Source: Eledone cirrhosa (taxonomy: Eukaryota). Taken from it: a DNA stretch of 64,000 nucleotides. Each line of letters starts with the position of its first letter. Positions within the stretch are counted from its first letter, which is position 1. Shown piece by piece: positions 1 to 16,829 of this stretch. The DNA lies in contig OZ024743.1 in assembly GCA_964016885.1 (NCBI GenBank), forward strand, positions 57,846,001 through 57,910,000. The letters are read 5' to 3'. Both the position numbers and the translations under genes were made by a program. Below the pieces are notes generated by a model. It did not search any database. It saw nothing but the letters and a program-made list of their open reading frames with translations, and was not told the origin of the DNA.

Positions 1-2
1 AA

Positions 3-118
3 AATAAACCGCTTGATAAAACTGAACAAACTATTGGGGTTTTGCTTTGGAATATAGCTATGGATGCTCCATCTGGTATTAAAACAGATGCAGTAGTTAG
101 TATATCTGAGTTGAAAAG
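3..118 (+). CDS. Possible penultimate coding exon of an unidentified host gene (runs off window start)
   Basis: Open frame NKPLDKTEQTIGVLLWNIAMDAPSGIKTDAVVSISELK ends at AG|GTGAAC donor-like site. Phase matches the acceptor at 5321. The minus strand is also open here, so support is weak. Confidence 0.35.
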
Positions 119-189
119 GTGAACAGTAACTTGTTTACCCAAGGTAACCATCTGATACATAAAATGTTAAATTTATGTCAGAAATATGA

Positions 190-310
190 AGTCACGTCGC
201 CTAGTGGGTAGGGTGCTCAGATCACAATGCTAAGTTCGTATGTTCAATTCCCATCGGCGTGGTGTGTCATTGAGCAAGACACTGCTCTAGTCCGCTCAGC
301 TGGAAACATT
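190..310 (+). mobile_element. Degenerate tRNA-derived SINE head
   Basis: A-box-like CGCCTAGTGGGTAG and B-box-like GTTCAATTCC, followed by TTGAGCAAGACAC. Resembles the copy at 62076. Confidence 0.5.
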
Positions 311-721
311 GTGTTGTCCTCGTAATTCAAAGAACCAGAATTGCCACACAGTAGGCTCCACAAAATCTCCATGAAAATTACTTTTGAAGCTAGTGGAATA
401 GCAATGACTTTACAAAATATAGATGTCTGATACTTTGTATAAACCAATATATTACATATTCCTGTAGAGAAGGGATTTATCGGAACCATTAGAGCCAGGA
501 CCAGTCAAAATAAATGAGAGGCCTTGGGCTTGAGAACATTCGGTGTCTTCAACACCCAGAAAAAGAACATTTCATTTACAGCTAATACCTATGCAGGTTT
601 AGTTAGATATCTACGATATTGTATCTGATAGGTTTCTTGGATGTTCTAAAGATACTGACTCCAGTCTGTAATTAAGATGAACGAGGATTGTAGCATCTTT
701 CTGAAGAACTCGGTGCATTAT

Positions 722-785
722 CTGACCCAGGAATCGAACCTGTGACCATATAACAACGAGTTGAACATCGTAACCACTAAGCCAC
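722..785 (-). mobile_element. tRNA-derived SINE head
   Basis: Reverse complement gives TGGCTTAGTGGTTA ... GGTTCGATTCC (A and B boxes). Confidence 0.55.
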
Positions 786-1157
786 ATTTCGCCACCAGCT
801 CACAGGAAATTTAATGAAAATTAAATGTGTATAAGAGTAGGCTTTCACACGGAACGGTGCTGAGGTTCAAGCACTGATCAGTGCCGAACGCCGAAACAGA
901 GTTTATAACCAAAGAAAAATAAATATATTTATAACAATTGTAATATTCTAAATCTTGTCAAATATATTTGGTACCATAACTATATTTTAATACATATTTC
1001 GCATATTTACAAAACAAGACGCCTCGAAGAACTACAAAGCCCTATGTTGTAGCTCACTTAGCCAGTATGTAAATTAGACACTGACTGGAGTGGGAGATTA
1101 GGTGCTTTATAATATTTATCTATATATGTTGTTGTCTTCCTGTTTCTTCTACAACAA

Positions 1158-1745
1158 CTACAACGGTACGCGATGGGGCCCACCCACAGCCCCGGCGGAC
1201 AGAATGGAGAAGGCGTTTCCCCGGAGGACGGCAAGGGAAACGCGCTGGAAAAGCCACTCCAACTCGTGGGGCTCACACCTTCGGCTGGCCAGCTCAGCGC
1301 CTATGGTGGTGAGTAAGGAGGTAGCCCTGTGGTCAAGGACACCAGAAGACTCCACCGCAAACCTGTCGGAGAGCGACCGGTATTTGAGGAGTTTGGCCCC
1401 CTCAGCCCGACATGCAGCAGAACCTGGGTCAGTCGCAGACTGCACCTGGTTGCGGCTGCAGAAAGTGTCGGTGCAAGTGGCATCCCAGACGAGGGGTTTG
1501 CCACCGCGATACGAGAAGATGGTCATGCCATCTGGCCTTTTGTCGTCCCCTCGATCCAGCCCCACCGGCTCGAGCTGGGAAGGGAAGCCTGCAGCGTCCA
1601 AACCATCCTTAATGACCTCTTTGAGGGCAGCGTGGCGTGGAATGCGGCCGGCACTGTGGTGACAGGAAAGCGGGAGGAGGCCGAAAGTGTCCACGGTGGG
1701 ACGGCAGCGACATTGGTGTGGCTGGCAGATCCGGAGGCCGAGCTT
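1158..1745 (-). mobile_element. CRE-clade-like non-LTR retrotransposon 3' fragment (zinc finger plus restriction-like endonuclease)
   Basis: CQPHQCRC..SC...GR.PRH zinc-finger region, KRPDG...WDATCTDTF RLE motif and LFQRVSLAVLRGNA C-terminus. GC-rich island. Confidence 0.8.
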
Positions 1746-2328
1746 CAGGGAAACACCGATTATATTCTGATTTCATATTTTCGCCTTTTATTCCACCCGC
1801 GTTCTATAAAATAATTACTAATAATTTACTGAAGATGTGTTCATTAACTATGCTCCTCATTTCTTCGTTTGCACAACTTGGTGTTGGATTTTAGCCAGAA
1901 ATCAATGGATCATTAATGAATTCATATGAAACAAAAGCTGTACCATTCATCACTATATTCCAAATCATTGATACATTTTCTTATAGTAAGTAAAGAAATT
2001 ACGAATATCTATTCAGAAGACAGACGGACTTGGTTATAAACTATATAGGTAATATACATTTCACCATTATCATCCCAATGTGTATATTCTAATCTTCATT
2101 AATAGTAGACGTATTAAGAAAACACCCGTTTCTTCTTAGTGTATGAATACTTTATCGTAAAAGAGCCGGATATATTTAAGCGCATCAACAAGCAAACACT
2201 GATATGGGAATATGCAATAAATATTTACCGATGACCATATATATATATATATATATATATACGATATTAAATTTATCAGTTATAAAAATATTTACTTGTT
2301 GTATCCCAACAACTTTAAATAGAACTTT

Positions 2329-2480
<152 letters not shown>

Positions 2481-3168
2481 TAATTTGATATATATCTTCA
2501 TGATATCAATTTATTTTATATCTATAAAACGATAAATCACCACAAAGCTACCGACAACGTTATTCAGTTTCATGATTTTATATGATTTTAAGAGTTTGAG
2601 AAGTATCACTTCTCCATTGTTAAGTAGCACATTTTACTATATTCTACGCGGGGGACATTTTGAACTCAGCTCTTCCAGCCTTTTAATTCCCTTATTTTAA
2701 TTCGATTATATTAATTTTTTTTTATCAGAAACAACATAAAATACAACATTTAATATATGCGAAGGAAATATTTTCCTTTCAAATAAAAACGTTAAATGAT
2801 GGGTTACAGTTAATAACCGATAAAAAGAAAGATAAAAGGGGAAGAATTGGAGAGGGTGTAAACTTTACGCTCTTCGCTGCGTGGTATATCTAGGCTGTGC
2901 CCTGAGAAAAACATGACGAAAGCATTGTTGTGGAACACAACCAGCGATACCTATGGCATCAGCCATGCCATAACGCATAACCCCTCCCTAAGGTTTCATG
3001 CACCACTCCCTATTTGATGGATAAAAGCAGCAATCCGTTGACCGTGGAAACCAGGAGTGTCAATGGCGAATTGTCAATTATAAATTGCTCTTCAATGATT
3101 TTAGATTTCGGACATTTTTTACAATTCCACCCCTCCCGTCCCCTCAATCTATCTTATTTCTCATTCTT

Positions 3169-3204
3169 TCTTCTGACGAAGGACTAGCGTCCGAAACGTT
3201 AAGA
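3169..3204 (+). ncRNA. Minimal type I hammerhead ribozyme (family A)
   Basis: TCTT-CTGACGA-A-GGAC(TAGC)GTCC-GAAA-CG-TT-AAGA: helix I TCTT/AAGA, palindromic ACGT helix III, GUU triplet. Confidence 0.7.
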
Positions 3205-4668
3205 CCCTCTTCCTGCTATATCAAGAGTTAACCTAATATATCCCTTCCATATACCGATTGTGTTGTTATCTCTGTTCACCTTTTACATACCATTTTTTAG
3301 AAAATGGGATGATGGAGATCGTCTACCTGAAATGGAAAAAAACCGTTTGTATAAAGAACTATGCCTGTGCGCGCGCGCACACGCGTGTGTGTGTGTTATT
3401 ATACGTCCGTGCGAAGTTAAGAGGATATCAGTGTGTATATGTAAGTAAAAGAGTGTGTGTGTGTACTGGTAAGTACGAATATATATAACGTATATATATA
3501 TATAAACAATCTTTTGGTTAAAGGCTGATACGTGACTCACTGCGTCAGCTACTAAACCGTAGTGGAAAGAGCAAACTTCTGTATTAAGTTGCTATATCAA
3601 CGTTTCATGTTATATCCAAAAAATGTCCGGGACAAAAATTATAGTGATTCCTGTAGTAATGCAATATCTCTGAATAGAGAGAGATAAACTATCGATTACA
3701 TTTTATTACAAAAGTAATAAATATAGTAACTTTGATCTTACGTCTAAATGATTTTTCCCTTCGTTTTTTAATTGTTTTTTTTATATCTTTTACATTTTTT
3801 TACATTTTTCATTTTATGCGTACAATTGCATTTCATGCTTGTAATTATATCTCTATTTAATTAGTTTTATTTTTTTTTGAAGTTCTTGTTTAATAATATA
3901 GTTTTGAAAAGATGAAAACTAGATTAAACCAGATTAAAAATCTCGTTGTTTATCTGTTTTATTTCAATTCAATAATGTTGAACAAAATAATAGCTGACAT
4001 TTAAAAGATGAATGAAAGAAGAAGGGAATTAAATTTTCAAGCAAATTAATTTAAAAAAACAATTGTAGAAGATATTTCTGAAATAGAAGAATGGTAAGAT
4101 TTTTAACTATAGTTTTATATTGTAGTTGAGTTGCTAGTTTATTTGTATCCAATGTTGAATGTGTAGTCTAAGATGCAGCAACTATGCTGCTTAATTGAAT
4201 GAAACGTTGATAATTGATTTGAAATAACTGCTTATTTTATTAGATCTGGGGGAAAGGGCGCTGTCCGTCACATTTGTAAACTGTATTAGACTGGTGAGGC
4301 TGATGCTGTTGAAATTGCCGACTTTTGCTAGAAATATATATGCAGGAAAAGAATTCCAGAAGGACGATGTACCGAGCATATAGGACTGGGTTGTTGGTGG
4401 AGGATACACTATGGATGACGAGAAGAGGAAAGACGTGTAAGGCTAAGGTGGCTGAAAGGAGATAGCAAGAGGTCATCAAGCTCCTCGGATTGCTAGTGTA
4501 TTTGTATCCGCAGTTTAATGGGCAGTCTAGGAAGTACCGAATTTTCTATTTGATTGATTTAAACTGCGATAAATGTCTTAAAATATTATCCGCCACTAAA
4601 TTGAATGCTCATTACAAAGTCTGATATAGAAAAATCTATCATTTTTCCTTTCATTATATAATAAATCA

Positions 4669-4858
4669 GGCGGTGGATTGGTAGTATCGGTAGAGGGTCG
4701 GATGCGATGCTTTGCAGCACAGTTACGTCCCTTTACGGACTGAGTTCAAATCCCGCCAAGGTTAACTTTGCCTTTCATCCTTACGGGGTCGATAAAATAA
4801 AGTACCAGTAATACACTGCGATAATTGCTGGCCTTGTGCCAAAAGTAGAAACAATTAT
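4669..4858 (+). mobile_element. Major tRNA-derived SINE family (Meta-domain-like centre)
   Basis: GGCGGTGGATTGG head, GAGTTCAAATCC B box, TTTGCCTTTCATCCTTACGGGGTCGATAAAATAAAGTACCAGT core. More than 10 copies in the window. Confidence 0.85.
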
Positions 4859-4869
4859 ATAATAAAGCA

Positions 4870-5015
4870 GACTTTGTGCTAGTCGTCATCAAAATCTCTG
4901 GCGTCCCCGATCCCCAGCCTGTCGTTTTCCTTCACCAAGGAGGCGGGCGTTTCGCTTGAGGAGGAGGCTCTGTGAGGCGGAATGGCTAAGGCAACAAGTA
5001 TCCCTGGCTGTTTTC
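4870..5015 (+). mobile_element. CRE-like RLE C-terminal remnant
   Basis: Translates with frameshift to DFVLVVIKISGVPDP...EAEWLRQQVSLAV, matching ELEWLFQRVSLAV of 1158-1694. Confidence 0.55.
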
Positions 5016-5320
5016 TACTGAAAAGCGTTCAACAGGTTGACCGCAGTACAGAGTTGGGATTTACATTTGCTTAAGAAGCTTTGTAGTTGTACCGAACCCC
5101 GGGATCTTATAATTCTGAAGTAAACTTCTAAAGCCCTTTGTCATGCCTGCGTCCATATATGGTATTCCAATGTGGTTGTGATTGAAGTGAGCGACTGCAC
5201 TATTAAGTCTTTATTTTATTGTTAATTATATGATTTTATACACATATCTAGATATTAAGTTAGGTCCATTTGTAGTTAAAAATAGAAAGGAAATATTAAT
5301 TCTATTCCGTAATTTTGCAG

Positions 5321-5354
5321 ACCACTATCTGATGATGTGGATAATTTTTACTGA
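5321..5354 (+). CDS. Possible terminal coding exon (R)PLSDDVDNFY*
   Basis: Strong acceptor TAATTTTGCAG, phase-compatible with the exon ending at 118, with an AATAAA cluster downstream near 5922. Confidence 0.35.
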
Positions 5355-7947
5355 AATTTTAATAAGCTTCCAATAATCAGCCTGTATTCAAATATGTTCT
5401 GTCTGAGTCCCTGACACAAGTCGCCGACTGCAGATCATAGAATATTTAAAGGTTCTCAACAAGTAATTGTACAGACTTCTGCATACATATTGTGATCAAT
5501 ACTCAATTAAAAACAGTCTATATACCTCTTACTTCGTGCAGTAATATGACTTACCTGTATTATTGATAAACACAGAAATATTGATTTCAGAACGAAGCAT
5601 CGATGCAGACAAATCGAATGTATATTTTAAAAAAACAACACAGTTGAAAAGGAATCGGATTTCTGCTATTCACTTTTTTTGTCTTCTCTGGTTGTGATTA
5701 TATATTGCTTTGTAAATATATTCACTGAGAAAAATCTGTCAACATTTACATTTGTAGATTTGTTATCTAAGATAGCAATCTTTGGTTATCACTGGAATAA
5801 AGAAACGACGCAAAAGTTTCACAGAACTTTAATATTCCACAGAGGTAGATTTGTTTATCTCAGATGCTCGTCAACAGTTTTCTAGAATTGGCAATCGATA
5901 TATTAATAGAAATTCTATTGAAATAAATAAGCAGCAGACGACAATTTTTTTTACCTAATGTTGGTAACGTTATTTTGAAAAATATTTTCCATAAAATATT
6001 TCTTGGCTAGCTCCATCAAATGTATATGTATTAAAGTAGATAGGCCTCCTTATAGGCGAAACTATTTCTTTTTTTGAAATTCTACTCTTTAGAAAGAGGA
6101 TGGCTAGTGAAATGATGAGCTGGAAGGTGTGTTCTGGCAAATAAGCAGCTATCGAAGTTTGGTTATTCCTGCAATGGCAGCCAACCAAATCTAGCTTCCT
6201 TTCATCATTATTGGCTGTAGGATCTTTCAGCCAGTTTGGCTTAAGAATCGATTCTTTAAACTTCAACTATACCTCAAGAATTACACATACATTGTATATT
6301 TCAATAATCATATTTTCTGAGTGGTTGATCAAATATCTTTCCTACCTTGAAAGCATTTTTCTAATCATCAACACTATTGCTACCAAACACATCCCCTTCA
6401 GCAGATAAATAACAATATATATAACGTATTTATTTTTATATTTGCCATTGTCTTATATTATGCAAACAATAAAATTCATACATTGGCATCTGTGAGAAAA
6501 GACAGTAGTATGAAGCCATCATCACTAATCATTAAAAGCCAAAGAAGGCAACTACGTGGTCAATTGATCTACTAAAAATGGCAGTCAAACCACGTGTAAA
6601 TCACATCCATTCATCTTACAAAAATGTGGAACACTTTGATAATATGATCCTAGATACACTATACCAGAATAGACTACGGGATTATTATAATTGAAATGCC
6701 TTTGACCATACGTACGTGAGGACAACAACTGAAAAGTAGTCAGGGGTATTTGGTATAAATATAGGCCAATGTTTTCCATTCAAAAGATCATATGTAGCTC
6801 TTAAGGGTACGTTTGCAGAATACATCAGCTGTTTTATACGTTCTACATGTTTTTTTCCACGACATGCAAGCATTGATTGCAGAATTATCCCAGAATTTTA
6901 ATGACAATCTTGTTAAAACCTTAAGACATAAAGCTGTTTTTAACAATCATTGATATATTTCAACTGTGGTGGAAGTCTATTTGTGAGGGCAAAAACATGA
7001 TTCAGTTTAATTCATTGCATTACTGTTACTTATGTAATTGACTTTAGTGAAATGAAAAATAAAATGGTTTTACAAGGATTTAAAACAATAAACTATAATA
7101 GACACTGCAAGATTTAAATATATGTATTTTATAAATTAAATAAATGAAAAAATAAATGAAAATTACGGCTAAACTTCACTTAAACAGAGATACAATAATA
7201 TTTAAAAATGTGAAATGTGTGCGTATCAACGCAAATAACCATAATAGTTGTCAAATAATCATGAGGAAAATCGTGTAAAGTACCTTAAGAGTCGGAAAAA
7301 AGTTGACAGGGGCAACTGTGTTAAATGGAATAACGTATGCCACGGGAGTCGGGTCCCAGTGCATTAACCACAAAGCTAACAAGCCACAGAAAACCTTTTT
7401 AAAAGATATTAGGCAGGTAGCTAGAAGTATGAATAAGTGGTTGACTAGAGAGGTTTTGTGAAAATTTGAAATTTGAAATATTATTATAATCATTTTCGTG
7501 TGACACAGACATTCCAAATTTCAAATTTTCGAAATGCGTTTTAAGTCAACTAGTTGTTAACATATTTCGGATATTTTTGCAGTATCAGTTTTCATACATT
7601 TTAAAATTATATTTTCACATTTTCTAAGTGAAAAATATATATATAAAAAGTTACTTGATATAAAATATATTTTTTATGAAATTATTTCAATCTAAGTTAT
7701 GTTTAGAAAGATATTATATGTACAAGCTGACGACATCTTTTAAAATTAAGTTATTTTCTTTAAAAAAAAAGAAAAATATTTCTCTTATAACATTCATTAT
7801 TTTTGCAATTTCTGATTCTGAACAACACCTACTTAGGTCAGATACTCACTGTACCTAATATAATCCCAAAAGATATATGTAATATAGATAATATAAAAAT
7901 ATACATATAATATATACATACGTTTACTTGCATCTATATAAATATAT

Positions 7948-8025
<78 letters not shown>

Positions 8026-8235
8026 GTATATATATATGTATATATACATATGTATATATATATATATATTATGTATATATATAATAAATATTTATATATG
8101 TATTATATATATATATACATTATATATATATTATATATATATTTATATTGATATTATATATAATATATATATATAATATATATATTATGTATGTATATAT
8201 ATATATATATATATATATTGTTTATATTATATATA

Positions 8236-8313
<78 letters not shown>

Positions 8314-8631
8314 TTATATATATATAAAATCGCAAACATATATATACGTACCTACAAACAATCATTGATTCATACATACATATGCCACAGGATTTCAAAT
8401 CTAATTTTCTGTAATACTATGTCAACACATAATGTACTATTATTATAGATTCGAAAAGATAATTCTATATATTCATGTATACCGACATGTCTCAGTGTGT
8501 ACTACATGACTACTCTCACATTCTTCTAAATAACTTTTCATTTCCATTCAACAGAAACTATATTAATAGCAATAGTAACAACATAAATATTGTTAGCAAG
8601 AAAATGTTTAAAATTCTACATCCACACATGA

Positions 8632-8729
<98 letters not shown>

Positions 8730-9187
8730 GAAAATATAGAAATTAATGTAAGCAAAAAGCCTACAATAATTAGACATATAAGTGACTATAACATCAAGAT
8801 GAAACATTTTTAACGAAAGATATGAGATAAGTAATAACATCTTAATTCAAGATAATCAAGAAAAAATACTTAACCTTCAATTTGGGAAAACTACAAATGC
8901 ACTATATAGTCTTAAAATACTATTTCACGAAAGTTTCAGTGGGGTTAGTCACGGTTTTTCTTTTTAATCGATCTTCAGTAGTGCTCAACACGTTAACTAA
9001 AATCACTGTTACAATATCGGGGTGTAATTGAAAGCAGGCAAGCGAAACTCGTGAAGAATTGAAATAACAAAAACACACGTGGACACTCGCTAGTGATGCC
9101 GGGATGAAACGAAAATCTGTTTACAAGAAACACCAGTCAAAACATTCCGAAAAAACTCCACAAAGATATGGACTTCAGCCTAAGCTG

Positions 9188-9224
<37 letters not shown>

Positions 9225-9242
9225 AATATATTATATTATATT

Positions 9243-9290
<48 letters not shown>

Positions 9291-9340
9291 AAAAATTGAA
9301 CAGGGACAGAACAGAGAGGCAGTACGACAATATATTATAT

Positions 9341-9507
9341 ATTATATTATATATTATATTATATTATATATATATGTATATATATAATATATATATACAG
9401 TATATATATATAACGTATATATATATATAATATATATATATATTATATTATATATATATATGTATATATAAATATATATAACGTATATATATATGTAATA
9501 TATATAT

Positions 9508-9569
<62 letters not shown>

Positions 9570-9740
9570 ATATATAATATATATATTACATATATATATA
9601 CGTTATATATATTTATATATACATATATATATATAATATAATATATATATATTATATATATATATACGTTATATATATATACTGTATATATATATTATAT
9701 ATATACATATATATATAATATAATATAATATATAATATAT
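9341..9740. repeat. About 400-bp palindrome of cryptic AT microsatellite
   Basis: Marker motifs (CAGT, AACG twice, TGTAAT) reappear mirrored as reverse complements around the central (TA)n at about 9516-9563. Confidence 0.85.
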
Positions 9741-9764
9741 GTATATATATATATATTATATATG

Positions 9765-9837
<73 letters not shown>

Positions 9838-9867
9838 AAAGAATAGAGGTGTAACACACAAGTTATT

Positions 9868-10170
9868 ATATATTGGTAGACGGAATAGAAAATGCTGACA
9901 AATTGTTCACATTTCTAAATGCTTTTCAAAAATAATTTTGAGATAGAGTGTCCGTGCTGTTTGCTCTGATCTGAGCAAACAGCACGGACACTCTATCTCA
10001 AAATTATTTTTGAAAAGCATTTAGAAATGCGCAACCGGTATAAACTTAAAAACTTAAAACCACAACTGAATACTAACCCATACAATCACTAATACTCTTT
10101 TATTCCTAATTAAACCATTTTTCAACTGTGAACAATTTGTCAGCATTTTCTATTCCGTCTACCAATATAT
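9868..10170 (+). mobile_element. Double fold-back element in (TA)n with a degenerate U3-A8 hammerhead (family B)
   Basis: Outer arms 9871-9911/10127-10167 and inner arms 9910-9966/9973-10029. TTGAAAA-GCATTT(AG)AAATGC-GCAA-CCGG-TA at 10010-10040. Confidence 0.7.
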
Positions 10171-10204
<34 letters not shown>

Positions 10205-10356
10205 TCAGCTTAGGCTGAAGTCCATATAAAGGCGTGTAGCTGAGTGGTTAGAGAATAGTATTACCAACGGGAAAGACCAATGGAAACATTGTTTCTTCCG
10301 TCCGATTGGACGAAAGTCGATCGATCCTAAAAATACATATACATATATATATATAT

Positions 10357-10553
10357 AACGAAGGAAGTGTGGTAAGGAACCAGATGGACCATAACGCAGC
10401 AGAGTTTTCAATACTTAGGGTAGTAGAGGGGGTAATAGGAAAATATTTAACCCCGACGGCAGAGCTCAAGCCGTTTCGACGGCGATTTCTGAAGTCCAGA
10501 AATAGCCGTCGAAACGGCTTGAGCTCTGCCGTCGGGGTTAAACAGTTTCCTAT
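10357..10553. mobile_element. Fold-back element carrying the 3' half of a hammerhead (family C)
   Basis: Palindrome 10435-10553. GACGGC..GCCGTC helix II, GAAA, ACGGC/GCCGT helix III, GUC triplet. Second copy at 42062-42198 in the opposite orientation. Confidence 0.75.
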
Positions 10554-10565
10554 ATATATATATAT

Positions 10566-11031
10566 ACTAGCAGAGGTACCCGGCGTTGCTCGGGTATTAA
10601 ATAGCAGTTGTGTATACCATTTATGTCAATACTTCAGTGCTACTTCGAAAACTATACTTTTACAAGATCCACGGCTTTTTCCAAAAGAGGGTTCCTGCCC
10701 CCAGGTGTCCCCTACTCAATATGTGCCAATTATTAGAGTTCACATTCATCTGTAGGACAAACGTAGCCCATGCGTCAAGTTTTGTGAAAATCGGTTGCGA
10801 ACTCCAAAATTTAAGACGTTTTGTTGCATTGCACTCCAGTTCTTCAGTCGACTCCAAGGAAGTGGTTAAAGGGGGTTATCTGCCGGGAGGCCCTATAATC
10901 AATATCTGTAAAAATGAAAGTGCCCATGACCATCCGGAGTACATAAGTAACCTATGTCTTAAGTTTGGTGAAAATACTGTAGAAATGCATAAGGTTTATA
11001 CAAGCGCTATATGTGTGTGTATTATATGTAG
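10566..11031 (+). mobile_element. Non-autonomous Helitron/Helentron-like element
   Basis: Starts ACTAGCAGAGGTACCCGGCGTTGCTCGGG (hairpin), has internal AAGTTTTGTGAAAATCGGTT and AAGTTTGGTGAAAAT motifs, and ends TATATGTAG. This pattern resembles Lep1/HINE-type elements. Confidence 0.5.
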
Positions 11032-11094
11032 GAGAATAATTCAATACAATGATGGTATATATTAGTTTAACTCTTCTTATAGCAGGGAACAGCG

Positions 11095-11130
11095 TCTTAA
11101 CGTTTCAGAAGTCACTAATTCATCTGAAGA
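11095..11130 (-). ncRNA. Degenerate hammerhead, family A second copy
   Basis: Reverse complement TCTT-CAGATGA...GAAACGTT-AAGA. Flank 11067-11098 matches the reverse complement of 3201-3231. Confidence 0.5.
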
Positions 11131-11566
11131 TAGAACGATGTAGAGAAGATAGGGAATTTGGAAAGGAGAAAAAGAAATATGAAGATAAACAAGAATAGGG
11201 TAAAGAAAGAATATGGTCACTCAATGATTTTGGACGTGTGAATTTCATGACGTGTATCGTTTATAGGAGATTTAGTGTTAAGCATTGAAGTGGTAAGACA
11301 CATATGTGTACGTATGATTGTTTGTACAAAGCTGTGACGTTTTCAAGATCGTGTTGCGCGTCAAGTGACGGTGGTATATCCGGTCACTTGGTGAAGGTGC
11401 TCAATAACCAAGTAAGGAATGCCATATATGTATTATATTAATAATTTATAGCTCAGAGTCGCAGATCCCGCTCATCACGGAAATATGACACACAAACACA
11501 TGTATATATATAAGACATTTTGTGCCCCTGTCTTTTCCTTGAACTATACACACACACATACACACA

Positions 11567-15572
<4,006 letters not shown>

Positions 15573-15615
15573 CGTGTGCGTGTGTGTGTGTGTGTGTATG
15601 TGAATGTGTCTGTCG

Positions 15616-15950
15616 ACACCTGGAATATAGCTTAAGAGACATTTGAAGATAATGATATGATAGGCACCCAATATTTTGAACTGGTTTATAGAATTCTCTT
15701 GGCCTTTGTCACTCTAACAAGAACTTTAAAGAATTAGCTTTTAAAGAATTTCCCTATTCTTTAAATCCATCAAACATGACCGACTCCCAACGATCTTATA
15801 GACACCTGAAATATAGGCACTGTTAGCTTAAGAGAAACTTAAAAATAAGGAGTGACACCCCATTCTGAACTTGTTTATAGAATTCTTTCTGCCTTTGTCA
15901 CTCTAAATATAAATTATAGCTTTAAAGAATTAGCTTTTAATAAATTCGCT
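15616..15950 (+). repeat. Two diverged tandem units of about 185 bp upstream of the family D hammerhead
   Basis: GACACCTG(G/A)AATATAG...GAAC..GTTTATAGAATTCT...GCCTTTGTCACTCTAA...TTTAAAGAATTAGCTTTTAA occurs twice. Confidence 0.75.
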
Positions 15951-16044
15951 TTCTATCAACCAATGATCTCTACCCATTCCACTCCCCCACCCTCTCCTAC
16001 CACCTGAAAAGAGCTATAATTACAACATTTATTTGTGGAAAGCC

Positions 16045-16095
16045 AGATTCCTGATGATTTCTAAAGAATGAAGCAGTTCTAGTCCTGTAGAATCT
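16045..16095 (+). ncRNA. Type I hammerhead (family D)
   Basis: AGATTC-CTGATGA-T-TTCT(AA)AGAA-T-GAAG-CAG(TTCTAGTC)CTG-TA-GAATCT. One core mutation here (GAAG); GAAA is intact in the 42.3-kb copies. Confidence 0.7.
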
Positions 16096-16128
16096 CATCT
16101 ATATTAAAACTATATATATATATATATC

Positions 16129-16194
<66 letters not shown>

Positions 16195-16197
<3 letters not shown>

Positions 16198-16794
16198 GTA
16201 CATACATATATGTATACGGACGTACAGTAGTATGTATATATATATATACATACATGCACACATATATATATATGCACGTATCGGTTTACCGAACATTTAT
16301 TATAATGCTCGGTTTGTTCGTTTGTAAACAAACAGCCCGAATTACGCCGTACAGTGTTTAGGCAACCACGTCACCTTTTTGTTCAACACTGACACAGGAA
16401 CGATGTACTAGTTTCAAGCTTATTAGCTATCGTCAACATCCTATACCTTCCTGCCAGATGGTTGAAGGTCTGAAAGTATATACTTTCCTCATGCATATTA
16501 ACGGCTGAGCAGCCTAATTTGCATATCGCGTGAGTTCAGTTGGCTGGGCACACCGAAAACGATAAATGGAATAGAATGAATCGAAATTTCATTTCTCACT
16601 CTTAGTACGGCACTTACTTAAATGTTCGGTAAACCGATACGTGCATATATATATATGTGTACATGTATGTGTATATATACATACTACTGTACGCCTGTAT
16701 ACATATATGTATGTACGTATACATACATATACACTTACATTTAAGTAAGTGCCGTACTAAGAGTGAGAAATGAAATTTCGTTTCATTCTATTCC

Positions 16795-16800
<6 letters not shown>
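16195..16800 (-). mobile_element. Retrozyme-like HHR element (family E), permuted copy with inverted tail
   Basis: Homologous to 35311-36612. Order A-B-C then inverted A and C, with a TAAATG microhomology junction at 16619-16624. HHR at 16399-16440 on the minus strand. Confidence 0.8.

Positions 16801-16829
<29 letters not shown>

Noticed and set aside
871-905. CTGATCA...GAAAC hammerhead-like motif
   Set aside because: Core mismatch, weak helix II and no helix I.
4191-4479. Possible LINE 3' remnant (TSSFWNSFPAYIF)
   Set aside because: Only one short motif; not enough to assign.
4669-4760. tRNA genes at A/B-box sites
   Set aside because: No full cloverleaf; they continue into multi-copy SINE bodies.
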